Origin: Mobula hypostoma
Taxonomy: Eukaryota
Assembly (NCBI RefSeq): GCF_963921235.1
Contig: NC_086097.1
Span: 229,712,001-229,776,000 of the forward strand
Direction: 5' to 3'
DNA length: 64,000 nucleotides
The stretch's first letter is position 1. Each line of letters opens with the position of its first letter. Both the position numbers and the translations under genes were made by a program. Under the pieces are notes generated by a model. The model saw only the letters and a program-made list of their open reading frames with translations. It had not been told where the DNA came from and ran no database searches. Positions 62,485 through 64,000 of the stretch are shown piece after piece.

Positions 62485-63515
62485 CATGTCCACCACTTAC
62501 TACTCCCACACCCTTTGGAGTGCTGAAGGAAACTGGAGCAACCAGAGGCAACTCAAGGGGAGAACGCACAAACTCCTTACCGGCAGTAGTGGAAACTGAA
62601 TGCTGATTGGTGATTGCTGGTGTTATAGAGCAACTGTGCTAAACACTACACCACCATGCCACTAATATTGCTCAATATTCATTGCCAATCTGCCTCAGAT
62701 TTAGGCAGCGGGATCAGAAGAGGAGCTGGTTCCTGTTGTCCACAAAGCCAAGAACCAGATAGCTGGCATTCTCAGGACTGATACTTGAAGCTACTGTGTT
62801 GGAGCACCAATCTTTAAAACATGGTGACTTATGCAGCTATACAGTAACTTAAAATTAATGACCTTTCCAGTAAAAAGAGACAAAGGGCCACCTCAGCACT
62901 GGGAAGTTCCAAGGAGAACCTGCAATCAGGCATTAAACTTGAGGAGGGGAAGGAATTAAAGAGCAGGTTGGGAGAGCTTCGAGAGAAGATAAAACATGCA
63001 AGTCACTAAAAGAAGCACCCGGTCATAAAGTCTACACACAATAGATGATTAAACCTGCCTACAGTTTTTTTGGGAGGGTGTTGAATGATGAACACAATTA
63101 TTGCCTGGGGGCTGCTGCACGGGGTAGTACTGATGAATATGCAACTGGTCACTGCCTGCATGTATTAGACTACTAATGCATTAAACAGACAAGGAATGCA
63201 AGTTTTACCAAAAACTGACTGCTGTACTACACCAGCTGGCTGATCATGTCCCTCTGCAGGAATCCCCTCTGGCTCCTTGTCATCAACTGCAGACACCCGA
63301 ACCCTGCTCGCTAATGATTCTGATTGCTGTACACATCCTGTTGCTGACGAGTCAGCCATCAGGGCTTAAGAAGGTAGGCTTGGAGCCACCCAGGTTGTTT
63401 TTGTTGTTAATTATCCCTGGCACAGGTCTCTTGAAGGATGAGGACATTGCTGATGATGTCTAGGTAACCACAACTAAGCCTTCTACCCTTTTGGTACACT
63501 ACTCTACTTGTCTCA

Positions 63516-63607
63516 GCTCTCACCTGTGGCTCCAAGTAGCTGTAACACGTGCAGCAGCCACACCCCCAGTAAACCGTCTCGGCAGATGGGCCAAACCAGG
63601 TGAGGGT
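63516..63607 (+). ncRNA. Candidate HDV-like ribozyme fold at the head of a CpG-rich, retroelement-5'UTR-like segment (~63500-63950)
   Basis: P2 63516-26/63597-607; P3 GGC/GCC; L3 TCCAAGTA plus a hairpin; P4 CCGTCT/AGATGG; J4/2 GCCAA. The 5' strand of P1 was not found adjacent. Confidence 0.4.
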
Positions 63608-64000
63608 AGCCGACAGGTCTTTGATGCTGGGTGAGGTAGGGGATCTGTCTGTCCCAGCGTGTGAAGTCTGGCCCTGGCAGATTGAGCGGAGGAGACCTGA
63701 TTAATGGTCCAACCGTCAAGAAGGCAGGCCAGCAGGCGTCGTGGAGCGCTAAGAGCACGACAAGGCACTTAGACGTCCTGGTCATCCACTGCAGCAGGAG
63801 AGGTCTCCAGCCGTAACGGTTGTCCGTGCCACTGGATCAAGGTCTCTTCTGCTGAGAGTGGGATTGCCCGTGCAACGGCGGTTCCACTTAAAACCCCATC
63901 ACACACAGGTTTCCTGTCTTCTTCGAATGCAAAGCACTACCACTACTTGTCTCTAACCATAAAGCCACGATTCTGACTGTGTTTACAGAGAGTAATCAGC

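Noticed and set aside
63165..63359. 64-aa minus-strand ORF (MADSSATG...) with a possible donor, as a first ZNF704 exon
   Set aside because: No recognisable family similarity. The candidate donor (G|GTAAAA) is phase 1, whereas the 25754 exon needs phase 2. It cannot be excluded without RNA data.

Overview
This is vertebrate genomic DNA. The repeat repertoire (HER1-like CR1s, V-domain SINEs, Deu-type SINE relics, Penelope elements) suggests a cartilaginous fish, probably a ray; that is an inference. The only host gene I can support is ZNF704 on the minus strand, seen as five internal coding exons: 25645-25754, 20816-21045, 17261-17361, 11086-11347 and 4927-5028. They splice in frame and encode the [13 protein letters not shown] motif, the C2H2 finger and the DHAYQ region. 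The N-terminal and C-clamp exons were not found in the window. One intron needs a GC donor. The rest is intronic and dominated by nested retroelements: an L1 5' half, many CR1 copies including a near-full-length one with an esterase ORF1 and a young sister copy, Rex1/Babar 3' fragments, RTE-derived elements, V-SINEs, a solo LTR and a tRNA-Ala(AGC) pseudogene. The most interesting signals are at the RNA level. (1) Penelope 3' ends carry minimal hammerhead ribozyme motifs, one of them intact on the ZNF704 sense strand. (2) Short, TSD-flanked, often palindromic Penelope-derived units occur; one holds two opposed hammerheads. (3) A candidate HDV-like ribozyme fold with an extra hairpin in L3 lies at about 63.5 kb. 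All structures were read by eye, and repeat boundaries are approximate.
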